Positions 50,219 through 59,371 of a DNA stretch of 64,000 nt are shown one piece after another. Location of the stretch: positions 166,111-230,110 of the IMG/VR virus record IMGVR_UViG_3300029993_000005, one strand, 5' to 3'. The notes under the pieces were generated by a model. The model searched no databases, was not told the DNA's origin, and was given only the letters and a program-made list of their open reading frames with translations. Position 1 is the stretch's first letter, and each line of letters opens with the position of its first letter. Both the position numbers and the translations under genes were made by a program.

Positions 50219-51751
50219 TTAAATTCCACGATTTCCAAAGTATCCTGGAGCATAAGCTCCCCACATTGAGGCCTGCGTAATCGTAATTCCTACGGCACCG
50301 ATTGCTCCGTGTTGAAGTTGACCAGCGTTGACCGATCCATCACCTGAAGTATTTCCCTTGATAATAAGATTGGTTTTGATCAGCTTCAATTCGTTATCTA
50401 ATCGGGTTTGAATAGCAGTTGCAGCAGCCTCTAAATATTGAGTTCTATCTACGTCTAAACTAATTGCTGCACCTTGAAAATTAAAGGATTTCTCAGCCTC
50501 CGAAAGATAAGCACTGGCTAAGGCGGCAGCTTCACTGCATAGTAACCAAAATTCACGAATACCACCCAGTGCATTTGTGAACGTGAAATTAGTAAACTGT
50601 CCATAAGCGATATTGAATGCGTCACCACCACGGCGTAGCCAGGTTAAAATAGTTGAAGCAGGGAACAACATATCAGGTGTTCCATAAAGCGTAGTCCGTG
50701 CCTTATTAATCTTGGCTTTAACGTCATTGACCGCACTCATGATCGACGGATTAACAACAAAGAAATCAGCATTTTCCTGATTGATGATTCCCGTATTAGT
50801 TGATGCCCAGTATTTCCAAATTATTTGGTAGGGAACTAGGGATACGCCTAATCCCGAGGTATCTAATACACCAGCAAAGTACCAACCATTAGCAGTTCTT
50901 TCATAGGCTTGAATCTGGGTCGGGGCCACTACTTGAGTGGGTCCAGCCCATAATTCGACTGTCACATTATCATATAGCGTGTCCAACACAATTGAAACAG
51001 TAGCTGGTACACCCTGGAGCTCGACTGATGGTTGGGTACCCAATGGAACTGTGTTCAACCCCACCACCCGAACGTTCTCGAATTGAAAAAATACGTTCTG
51101 GCCTAGGTTCCCTGCTGTGGGATCAGGTGGTGTTCCATACTCTTGACTTAGACTTAGCGTATATCTTAATTGATAGGCTTGTCCATCTAATGATGGTGGG
51201 ACTGTAACGGGCACCGTAATAATAGATTTGGCAACTACAGTATTGGCCAACCCATTTGATTGCACAGTGTAGTCGAAAGCATTACCTGCGGCATAAACAG
51301 TACCGTCTGAGGCTAGAAATTCCCAGGTAACAAAACCACCGGAAGGGTCTATTTGCGGGGGAAACGCAAATACGGATGTTCCGACGGCTGCTTTACCGGC
51401 TTCTATTTCGTCTACTAAGTCTTGGAACGCATCTGGATTTTCAGTGGTGTAAGGAATAAATTCTGCTTGTGAAACTGATGTGGCGACAGTGACGATGAAT
51501 ACACGAGCATTAGTAGTAATTGTTAACTGAAAGCCATAACTAAGTCCGTCATTGCCGCCCGTAATCGTTAATCCAATTACCGAGCTAGTGCCTGTCGTGA
51601 CTGTTGCTGACAAAGGAGTGCTAGTGACGGGACTGGCTGTACCTACAACGATGCTGGTGATTGTCTCAGCCCCAATCAACATTGAGGTTACATCAGCAAT
51701 AACGGCTATATCTGTTGTTGGTGTCTTAAAATAAACATAAGGTACGGCCAT
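50219..51751 (-). CDS. Neck / head-tail adaptor with N-terminal Ig-like domains
   Basis: Beta-rich N-terminus; helical C-terminal domain L.WLRRG.D.FN..FNFQG. Confidence 0.55.
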   Translation of the reverse strand: MAVPYVYFKTPTTDIAVIADVTSMLIGAETITSIVVGTASPVTSTPLSATVTTGTSSVIGLTITGGNDGLSYGFQLTITTNARVFIVTVATSVSQAEFIPYTTENPDAFQDLVDEIEAGKAAVGTSVFAFPPQIDPSGGFVTWEFLASDGTVYAAGNAFDYTVQSNGLANTVVAKSIITVPVTVPPSLDGQAYQLRYTLSLSQEYGTPPDPTAGNLGQNVFFQFENVRVVGLNTVPLGTQPSVELQGVPATVSIVLDTLYDNVTVELWAGPTQVVAPTQIQAYERTANGWYFAGVLDTSGLGVSLVPYQIIWKYWASTNTGIINQENADFFVVNPSIMSAVNDVKAKINKARTTLYGTPDMLFPASTILTWLRRGGDAFNIAYGQFTNFTFTNALGGIREFWLLCSEAAALASAYLSEAEKSFNFQGAAISLDVDRTQYLEAAATAIQTRLDNELKLIKTNLIIKGNTSGDGSVNAGQLQHGAIGAVGITITQASMWGAYAPGYFGNRGI

Positions 51752-51754
51752 GAT

Positions 51755-52525
51755 TTATCCTTGAACGGGTGTACTTGGGAGCATTATATTATTGACGCCC
51801 ATACCTGTTCGTGTAGGGTGGTCCCCAAACAAATCAGGCTCTGAATTTAAATCCTCTGTCGTGGTACCGAACCCAGGTTCGTCAACTAGTTTGGCACTAA
51901 CTGAAGAACCGAGGTCCTTTAAGTCTTCAAAACTAAAAGAGGTTCCCAGCATCAAAAGTCGTATCAAATGTGACTTAGCTATTCTTTCTCTAGTCTTTGG
52001 TGACAATATTTCGAGACCCATCAGGTCAATAAGATATGTAGGGAACACTGAAGCTAGGTTCCTCCACAACAGGTTGGCGGCTCTAGAATGTGAGTCACCG
52101 GTCATCAGACAATTACCGGCTTCAAGAAACCATGAATAGATACTTGATACTATTTTCTGCTTCTGATGATCGGGATTAATCTCAGCATGAGGCGTGTATA
52201 GCTTGTTGCCCAGGGCACTTTTCAACTCCATGGTTTTACCATTGAACTGTGTGGCACCAATGCTATTAAAAGTCACCAACCCCACTAAAGAATCTTGAGG
52301 ATAAGCATCAAGTAAATCGTCATGGATAAAAATATAGAAACTATAATTAAAGCTAGCTACGGTCAGCCAAATATTAGGTCTATCTGTTTCGACTATCCGT
52401 AATTCACCTTTCGCCTGAACCCTTAGCCATTCTTTGATAACAGCATCATGATCGTAATTAGGGCCTTCAAATGTACGGAGGGCCAGCAGTCTTGATGCTG
52501 CATAAACTTTAGTTAAGCCTTCCAT
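51755..52525 (-). CDS. Hypothetical protein, possibly GNAT-like fold, with AAxRL leader
   Basis: VYAASRLLA; INPDHQKQKIVSSIY..LMTGDSHSRAANLLW. Confidence 0.45.
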   Translation of the reverse strand: MEGLTKVYAASRLLALRTFEGPNYDHDAVIKEWLRVQAKGELRIVETDRPNIWLTVASFNYSFYIFIHDDLLDAYPQDSLVGLVTFNSIGATQFNGKTMELKSALGNKLYTPHAEINPDHQKQKIVSSIYSWFLEAGNCLMTGDSHSRAANLLWRNLASVFPTYLIDLMGLEILSPKTRERIAKSHLIRLLMLGTSFSFEDLKDLGSSVSAKLVDEPGFGTTTEDLNSEPDLFGDHPTRTGMGVNNIMLPSTPVQG

Positions 52526-52545
52526 AGCTCGCCTTATTAGATTAA

Positions 52546-53829
52546 TTAGAACTGCAATAGTTTAGCTATCTGGAGGCCCGTGAATCCAAATTTGGAACCC
52601 AAAACCTCAGCGTCATGAGGAATGACCGCCGATTTAATACCCGAGGTTAGAGGTTCAAACGATATGAATTTCGCACCAATCTTCACTCTAAGTTTTACGA
52701 CCGGACTATTGGCAAACAAACGTTTGACCTCAAGATAAAGCGGATACTTAATTTCGTCTATCTGTTCGACAGTAGTATTCGCTTTGAGTCTAAAAGATAT
52801 ACATTTAGCATCAACGTCAACTTTCTTTATATAATCACAGTAGTTAAACATAGAAGCACTGAACTTGGAAGGATCATTCTTCATTCTGGTAGACAGTGGA
52901 ATAGCAGCTAGGCTAGTACTGAAGTTCTCTTGTTCCAAAAGTTTGTCTATCACCACTAAGGCTTCGTTCAATGAACTAACCTCGGAACCGCCATCAACTA
53001 GTAACAGATTGGGTAAGTCAAATTCATGATTAACCTGAATTTGAATTCCTTGGTTCACAGTCCATTGAAGGCTGATGTAGAGATGGGGCGTTACCTGTAG
53101 GTCATCATTCTTTACGTTCTTTAGCAAGATGTAATCCGTAAAGATTAGGGCTCCGTCTTTGACACTGACGTACAAAAACTGTTCCTTGTGCTCGAATATA
53201 ACGTGCTCTTGAAGCTCTTGGACTAATGTCGATACGTAGCTCTGAAACACTTTAGGTACGTAGTGTGAGGCCACGCTGCTCAAGAATTCTAAAACGTTTT
53301 TTAACTGAAAGCCAATCTTGTCCTTCAGTGCTTTTAACAGTCCGTAGGCCTTCGTGTAAGGCTCGCCCCGCTTATCCGTGAACTGTATAGCCAACTGCGT
53401 TTCTAGGGCCTCTAAAGCCCTGTATTTCTCGTACAAGTCTTCTGACAATACATATTGCGTATTCAGCTGTTCAATTTTGGGAACCAAGGTCTTCAAGGAC
53501 TCATGATCAGGATCAGTTTGAGTCTCGCCGTCTAGACTCAAGCCGCTGGCCTTAACTAGGCAGGGATGAGTGTGGATTTGTGCCTGATTTAATTTTGCTA
53601 GTTGTTGCTGCTGGACTCCACTTAGCTGACTTAATTCTTTAACCGTGCTTCCCGTCTGGTCAAGAAATCGAGCAACATCGTCAATATATCGGAACTTAGG
53701 TAGCTCCAAGGCACAAATACGAGCAGCTGCCTTGACTTGAGTTCTTGGTTTATTTTTTGACGTTTTAACGTTACCTGTTTTATCTTTAGTCGTGCTTGCT
53801 TTCAATCTCTGGGCTGCATTGGTAGCCAT
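52546..53829 (-). CDS. Probable virion protein with AAxRL leader
   Basis: MATNAAQRLKA. Confidence 0.7.
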   Translation of the reverse strand: MATNAAQRLKASTTKDKTGNVKTSKNKPRTQVKAAARICALELPKFRYIDDVARFLDQTGSTVKELSQLSGVQQQQLAKLNQAQIHTHPCLVKASGLSLDGETQTDPDHESLKTLVPKIEQLNTQYVLSEDLYEKYRALEALETQLAIQFTDKRGEPYTKAYGLLKALKDKIGFQLKNVLEFLSSVASHYVPKVFQSYVSTLVQELQEHVIFEHKEQFLYVSVKDGALIFTDYILLKNVKNDDLQVTPHLYISLQWTVNQGIQIQVNHEFDLPNLLLVDGGSEVSSLNEALVVIDKLLEQENFSTSLAAIPLSTRMKNDPSKFSASMFNYCDYIKKVDVDAKCISFRLKANTTVEQIDEIKYPLYLEVKRLFANSPVVKLRVKIGAKFISFEPLTSGIKSAVIPHDAEVLGSKFGFTGLQIAKLLQF

Positions 53830-53876
53830 GATCATCCTTAAGCTAATGTGCTGGGCTGTGCTTGTCTGATGTTAAA

Positions 53877-55112
53877 TTACGTGCGACGGGGGCCTGTCAC
53901 GTTATCTCTGGTCATTGACGTAGTTCGGTCCTTGGTCGCAACTCTTCCTCTGTGGGGCAAGATACGAAATAATTCTTGAGGCTGAATTACACGGACTTGA
54001 ACCTCCCAACCCAAAACATTCTGCAATCTGGAACGCCAAGGATTGACGTTTTGGACCACTAGAACTTTACCTAGCTGTGATTCAACGATCACGTCCATGC
54101 TCGATATATTGGGTAGGTTAGGACTCAGTATAATTTGGAACGGTTCCATCTGTTCCAGCAGTGCAGTATTAGAGCTAGTCGGACGTTTTGGGAACTCGAA
54201 ATACACGCTCTCTGTCGTCAAGTTGAATTGAAGTTCTAGATGGGTGAACCGTCCGTTAAACGTAGCAGTAACTAGATGTGGCTTTCCATCGCAATAAGAC
54301 AGTAAGGTCGTGATGCCAGTCAGCGGATTTCCGTCAATAGAGAATTTAGCGGGGACCGGAATTGCTGAGTCCCAGACTCGGAACACGTCAACCCCAATAG
54401 CCCCTCTGGGCAGCGTAACTAAGACATTGAAACCGGTCTCTGTTGAGGCCGTCCACGGTTTATCCTCCAGATTAATTTCACCAGTTAATGGGAGCTGGAC
54501 ATCAGGCACAGTAAACACCTGACGATGCGCGTGGTAGGGTGCAAATCCGCCAATGAAGCCGGATCCAAAACAGATGGGGCACGCTACATCGGAAAAGCCC
54601 ATAGTTGAGGCATCAAAGTCGCCTACCATGTCGTCAAGCGATAAGGGAGAAACTGGACCGTTGTCCCCAAATGAATCTTCGTCTGTGATATCAGCTAGGG
54701 GGAAATCCTCGCCCAGGGTCACAACATCGAACACACCCTGATTTTTGTTCTGCGGAGCATTAGGACTGGATTCTCCGTTATAACCTGTTACCCTTTGCTG
54801 ATTGAAGTTATAGGGCGTCACATTGAACGATAACGGAGTTTGGCCCGTGATCAGACTATTGATTGTGCCGGTGCTGGCCTTACCCTGTTCATCTAGGATT
54901 CCACCTAATTGTTTAGCACTAGCTTGGCAATTGCATTTACGACCGGACGTCAATCTGTTGAAGTGCACACAAGTTATGCCCTGCGGACGAAAAGCATCGT
55001 AGTATCTGCGCTGTTGCATAGGTATGATGTGTTCAACCATACGTTCAGCAACATCAGCAGCCCTAGCGTTGGCCGGAAGTAGCCTGTTGTTATTTGATTC
55101 ACGAATTGGCAA
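53877..55112 (-). CDS. Probable neck / head-closure protein
   Basis: GRKCNC and CPICFGSGFIGG; TTG start with GAGG RBS. Confidence 0.5.
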   Translation of the reverse strand: MPIRESNNNRLLPANARAADVAERMVEHIIPMQQRRYYDAFRPQGITCVHFNRLTSGRKCNCQASAKQLGGILDEQGKASTGTINSLITGQTPLSFNVTPYNFNQQRVTGYNGESSPNAPQNKNQGVFDVVTLGEDFPLADITDEDSFGDNGPVSPLSLDDMVGDFDASTMGFSDVACPICFGSGFIGGFAPYHAHRQVFTVPDVQLPLTGEINLEDKPWTASTETGFNVLVTLPRGAIGVDVFRVWDSAIPVPAKFSIDGNPLTGITTLLSYCDGKPHLVTATFNGRFTHLELQFNLTTESVYFEFPKRPTSSNTALLEQMEPFQIILSPNLPNISSMDVIVESQLGKVLVVQNVNPWRSRLQNVLGWEVQVRVIQPQELFRILPHRGRVATKDRTTSMTRDNVTGPRRT

Positions 55113-55193
55113 TTTATCACCTCACTCAAACTTTAGTTGGTGTGGGATTTGGCTCTCACTCCCAGTTACTATTAAATTTGAGGGTTTAATAAT

Positions 55194-55230
55194 AAAGGCG
55201 CAAACCCGATGAAGAATTTGCGCCTTTTAT
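55194..55230. terminator. Intrinsic terminator separating the accessory and structural blocks
   Basis: AAAGGCGCAAA/TTTGCGCCTTT stem. Confidence 0.75.
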
Positions 55231-55256
55231 GCTAAAACTTTAATTGAAAACTGAGC

Positions 55257-55517
55257 TTAGTATGATGCACGACTGGCAATTGTTTTACCTTGCGCATTCA
55301 ATACGTAGGCATTTCCTTGCAGCCAGTATTCCTTACCTGTGTCATCACCATACTTTTTGATAACAGCAAAGACAGGGCTTGAATTATTATCGTCACCTAT
55401 ACGCGGACGTCTCTCGAAAGAAAGCTCCTCATCGTCATTAATTTGAATCAACATAAAATCGTGTGCGGCATCTGAGTCAGCCATAGCCGCACCTGTCATA
55501 AGTTTCAATGTAAGCAT
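55257..55517 (-). CDS. Small phage hypothetical protein
   Basis: AYVLNAQGKTIA C-terminal pattern. Confidence 0.65.
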   Translation of the reverse strand: MLTLKLMTGAAMADSDAAHDFMLIQINDDEELSFERRPRIGDDNNSSPVFAVIKKYGDDTGKEYWLQGNAYVLNAQGKTIASRASY

Positions 55518-55626
55518 TATTGTCTATTCCTAGTAATTAGGCATCTCTGCCAAGGTTAAAGACTGGTCCCTAGCTCAGAATCGACCTAAGGGTCCAGGTT
55601 TTTGTGTCAACCTAGACACAAAATGG

Positions 55627-55977
55627 TTACTGCAAATTCTGAACTTTCGGAACAGCCATATCCAGTATTTGGACTGCTAGGTCAGTCAGTTCTTTATTCG
55701 ACTTGCATAGATGGTGCTCGCTATGGAACACACCATTTATTTTCCGGTCAACATACAGCTCTTGGTTGACCGTTACCTTGAAAATGAAGGATCGTTTGGG
55801 ATTAACAATAGTTAGGCTACGTCCAGCGTAAATACGTTCCCAACCTTTAGGTAGCTCGTAGACCCCAACACTTTCTTTGATAGCTAGCCATGCGTCATTG
55901 GTTGTGAACACACGATTCTTGTGGAACACATGATCGGTATTGCCCTGGGGATTTGGATTGGAATTCATGTTTTTCAT
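55627..55977 (-). CDS. Hypothetical protein
   Basis: Abuts the dCMP deaminase stop. Confidence 0.65.
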   Translation of the reverse strand: MKNMNSNPNPQGNTDHVFHKNRVFTTNDAWLAIKESVGVYELPKGWERIYAGRSLTIVNPKRSFIFKVTVNQELYVDRKINGVFHSEHHLCKSNKELTDLAVQILDMAVPKVQNLQ

Positions 55978-56439
55978 TTAGTACATCAAAAGGCTAGTTC
56001 TAATACCACGTTTGTTGAGCAACGCCAAACCTTTGTTGTCTCTATAGTAATCGGCAAAGACAACCTCGGCAATACCTGTTCTTTGAATTAGTTTCGCGCA
56101 CTCAATACAGGGTGCGTGCGTACAATAAAGCGTGGCACCAACAGCGCTTACCGTAGATGCTGCTAACTTTGCACAAGCATTCATTTCAGCGTGACTGACC
56201 TCATCGTTGGTCTTCAAACCGAAATGCATTACATAGCTGTTACCTACATCGGATCCTGACAGTACCGAATGTTCACATGTATTGTCGTAACCCTGGGGCA
56301 TGCCGTTCCAACCATAGGACACCACAGAGTCATCCTTCACAATTACGCAGCCTACTTGAAGTCGTTGAGCATGACTTCGTTCGGCTGCACGTTTAGCAAA
56401 GTCCATGTACATTTTGTCATCGTCTAGAGGCTGAGTCAT
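55978..56439 (-). CDS. dCMP deaminase
   Basis: VGCVIV, GWNG.P, HAEMNA, THAPCIECAK. Confidence 0.93.
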   Translation of the reverse strand: MTQPLDDDKMYMDFAKRAAERSHAQRLQVGCVIVKDDSVVSYGWNGMPQGYDNTCEHSVLSGSDVGNSYVMHFGLKTNDEVSHAEMNACAKLAASTVSAVGATLYCTHAPCIECAKLIQRTGIAEVVFADYYRDNKGLALLNKRGIRTSLLMY

Positions 56440-56472
56440 TATTGTATTTAGTTGTTGTATGAACCCTATTTA

Positions 56473-57048
56473 CTAGCGGATCGAAAGTTCGGAGTTAACC
56501 AATCTGGATGCTGCATTGACTTTGACACCCGTGCTTAAATTCTGTGCTCTACGTTTCAAGGCTTGCTCCAACACGAATTGCACATGTGGATCATCCAGTA
56601 CCGCTTTAAGTCCTGGATGCATTGGCTGAGGCCATTGATTGAAAGCTGTCCAAATAGCAGCCGTCGATTCTGACCTGAATTCTGATTCTGGGTTGACTAC
56701 GAACTGCTTGGGGACAGTAACAAAATAAGTGTGGTACTCAAAGCCTTTTCCATTTCTGGATACCTTGAGCGGCATTACAGACCACTCACCGTTATAGCCG
56801 GTCTCTTCTCTGAGTTCCCGGCGTAGGGCATTGACCAAGTCTTCTGCGCCGTCAACGGAGCCACCCCACGTTCCGTAGCAATTCGGTGTATCAGAATGAG
56901 GACCACGTAGCTGGAAACTAAAGTTACCGGTGTCTAGGGCCAGTACTAAGGCTCCGACTGCTTGGTGATATCCTCTGATGCCGGGTCCCCAATTCTCTTT
57001 ATCCTTAGACGCCTCTATAGCAATAAGTCGTGACGCTGCTTTTATCAT
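56473..57048 (-). CDS. NUDIX hydrolase with AASRL at both termini
   Basis: Nudix box GGSVDGAEDLVNALRRELREETG; ATG 57048 (MIKAASRL); ends VNAASRLVNSELSIR. Confidence 0.9.
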   Translation of the reverse strand: MIKAASRLIAIEASKDKENWGPGIRGYHQAVGALVLALDTGNFSFQLRGPHSDTPNCYGTWGGSVDGAEDLVNALRRELREETGYNGEWSVMPLKVSRNGKGFEYHTYFVTVPKQFVVNPESEFRSESTAAIWTAFNQWPQPMHPGLKAVLDDPHVQFVLEQALKRRAQNLSTGVKVNAASRLVNSELSIR

Positions 57049-57049
57049 T

Positions 57050-58498
57050 TTATAGTCCACTGTCAGTTCGAAAATTAGAAAAGGCCCACACATCTGAGTC
57101 GTCGTGCTCGTCGTCATACAGTTCACGATTTGCATGGGCTAGGGGCGTCCAATCGCTGTAGACCGCAGCAATAGGCCCAAGGAAGGGCGAAGCGATGTTT
57201 AACACGAATTCAAATGGTAGGTCCTCTGGTTCGCAATAACCTTGATTAGGATTGTCCAGCATCCAAACAATAGCACCTAACATTGAACCCACTACCTGCA
57301 ATGTTGTTGCGTTTTGCCCTTCTACCAGTTCCCGTGATTCTTCGATAGAAAGTTGCGATCCGTACCACAGGGCATTCCGTTCATGACCTAGAAGCAAGAC
57401 CCCTAGTTCATCGATTCCGCTCTGAATACTATTTTTAGCAATTCGGGTCTTTCTGTGCATCCACAATTCTTGTCCCTTCATTTCATGGACAGACGCAATT
57501 GCAGCATCACACGGTTGATACGCATAGTAACAGGTCGGTCGATAATTCTCTGTACTAAAGTATTCGCTGATAGTGATGGCTTCCGAGTGCTGAATCAAAT
57601 AGCCGTTGAATGTACCGCCCAAAGGTACCCACGACTTAACCGTGGTCTCCACACCCGGTTGCTCTAGATAGAGCACAGAGCCACCAGCGAGTTCTTTACC
57701 GTCAGCAGGAATCTCTTTTTCGTGCGTGCCCCACCCCATTTCTGCTGGTGCTCGACCCTCAGCCCAGAACCCTTCACAGCTCCAGGTGTTGACGAATTCA
57801 TTAACACGCTTGGGTTCTTTCAGAATTTGTGTATCGCGCTCAGCCGTTTGAATTATTTTCACATTCAGGGCTTCAGCTAGCATTCCCCATTGCTCTTGGG
57901 ACTCAGGGGTCCCTGTTTTCAGACCTGTATCTTTTGCGAGTTTGAGCAACGCCGCTTTAACAAAATGCGAAACTAGACCTGGATTAGCTCCATGCGTCAC
58001 CACACAGGTAGAGGCCCCAGGATAGGCCGAGGCCATTCTTCGCATTTCTTGATGCGTTGTGTAGAGCGTGCGTTCACCCAGTTCCGGAATGATTTCGTCG
58101 GGTTCAGTAGCCCAACGTTCGATAGACGTGTCAATGTAGAGCACATTATTTTGTAGGCACCACTCAACGATTTCTAGTCCGTCTATGTTCAAGCTTACGT
58201 TAATCAGTAAGTCACCGGGACTCAATAATTCATTTAGTGTTGGCACCAAATTAGATTTGACGATTTCACGATGAACGTAAGTTACACCCAAATCTTCGTA
58301 TTTAGCAAATTCAGGGCGTACCTCTTTATCCAGAACGACTACCGCGCTAGGACTTACATCGAGGTGACGTAGAATTACGGGGAGAATCGATTGACCAACA
58401 CCACCGAAGCCTAGGACCAGGATATGTCCTCTGTGAGTTGCTAGTTTTTCGTGTTGATCCTCCAGCAGTCGTTGTGCAGCGTGTATTTGAACCTTCAT
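57050..58498 (-). CDS. hss: Homospermidine synthase
   Basis: GFGGVG Rossmann motif, YIDTSIERW, THGANPGLVSHF, NTWSCEGF..EG..PAEMGWGTHE, HSEAITI, NATTLQV; ATG 58498 with AAGGA RBS. Confidence 0.93.
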   Translation of the reverse strand: MKVQIHAAQRLLEDQHEKLATHRGHILVLGFGGVGQSILPVILRHLDVSPSAVVVLDKEVRPEFAKYEDLGVTYVHREIVKSNLVPTLNELLSPGDLLINVSLNIDGLEIVEWCLQNNVLYIDTSIERWATEPDEIIPELGERTLYTTHQEMRRMASAYPGASTCVVTHGANPGLVSHFVKAALLKLAKDTGLKTGTPESQEQWGMLAEALNVKIIQTAERDTQILKEPKRVNEFVNTWSCEGFWAEGRAPAEMGWGTHEKEIPADGKELAGGSVLYLEQPGVETTVKSWVPLGGTFNGYLIQHSEAITISEYFSTENYRPTCYYAYQPCDAAIASVHEMKGQELWMHRKTRIAKNSIQSGIDELGVLLLGHERNALWYGSQLSIEESRELVEGQNATTLQVVGSMLGAIVWMLDNPNQGYCEPEDLPFEFVLNIASPFLGPIAAVYSDWTPLAHANRELYDDEHDDSDVWAFSNFRTDSGL

Positions 58499-58529
58499 AT
58501 CAATCCTTTTAAGCACTTTCACTTTCAGC

Positions 58530-58967
58530 TCACGCAACGCTGATAATTTTTGTTTTATTTCCTATGTCCTCTAATTCTACTTCGTGCTCACCTTTACTGA
58601 AATGATTGACCTCGGCGGACCTAGCCTTTGCCCAGTCGTTTGCATAAAGCTTGGCCTCAACGTCTTTTAACGGCGCGTCAACGATCACGAAGTCCTCGTT
58701 GTCCGGACGTTCATACGCATACTGCAGTGTATTTACCCAACCCTCGAAAGCATCTGCTTCCATCTTGGAGACCGCGACTAGGCGTAAGGCTGCTTCAACT
58801 TTAGTGCTACCTGTCATTTTGTGATAAATATAATTAGTCAAAGCATAGGGCTCTTTCTTGCCGCTGCTTTTCTTGGCCTTATCCTCAGCGTCCTTCCATT
58901 TATGTTCAAGACTTTTCTTGCTACCTTTGCCTTGTTTTACGTCATGTTTAATTATGTTATTGGGCAT
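58530..58967 (-). CDS. Two-domain basic protein with an AALRL linker
   Basis: MPNN..KGSKKSLEHKWKDA..; KVEAALRLVA between the domains. Confidence 0.7.
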   Translation of the reverse strand: MPNNIIKHDVKQGKGSKKSLEHKWKDAEDKAKKSSGKKEPYALTNYIYHKMTGSTKVEAALRLVAVSKMEADAFEGWVNTLQYAYERPDNEDFVIVDAPLKDVEAKLYANDWAKARSAEVNHFSKGEHEVELEDIGNKTKIISVA

Positions 58968-59002
58968 TGTTGAGACTCCAATCAACTTAGTAAAATCGCT
59001 GA

Positions 59003-59257
59003 TTAATCTTTATACGCACAATATAGAAAACGAACGTTGCGATTTTTCGGCGTACCATCTTTATTTTCTAGACGCTCAGCTAACAAGGTGTAATCTGAAT
59101 TATCGATATCAAAAGGAACATCAATGTAGATGCAACCCATGTAGTCAACATAACCACTATTCTCCGCAGGTCCGCACTCGATCCAGCTCAGGTTCCTGAG
59201 TTCTAACCAGGAAATTAGGTCAAGCCTAGGCTTATACTTGTTGTATTTAGCTTCCAA
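59003..59257 (-). CDS. Hypothetical protein
   Basis: IYIDVPFD..LENKDGT. Confidence 0.55.
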   Translation of the reverse strand: MEAKYNKYKPRLDLISWLELRNLSWIECGPAENSGYVDYMGCIYIDVPFDIDNSDYTLLAERLENKDGTPKNRNVRFLYCAYKD

Positions 59258-59311
59258 AATACAGGGGAGCGCGCAACCAAACTAGTTATTCTAAAATTGC
59301 GAACCCGAGAT

Positions 59312-59347
59312 AAAAAAGAAAAAGGGTGGAATTTTTAGTTCCACCCT
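59312..59347 (-). terminator. Intrinsic terminator
   Basis: AGGGTGGAA/TTCCACCCT stem followed by UUUUCUUUUUU. Confidence 0.85.
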
Positions 59348-59371
59348 CCTTTACCACACAATAATTAAGAG

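Larger units (their letters stand above)
12380..55178. promoter_or_regulatory. Recurrent AATTT(A/T)A(T) motif upstream of structural genes (candidate late promoter)
   Basis: - strand at 25365, 37499, 41367, 49913, 53871, 55171 and a variant at 36666; + strand at 12380 and 12799. Confidence 0.55.

Noticed and set aside
55561-55600. tRNA-like piece (T-arm-like loop followed by ..GGGACCA on the - strand; TAGCTCAG on the + strand)
   Set aside because: Too short and no cloverleaf can be built; kept only as a possible structured RNA.
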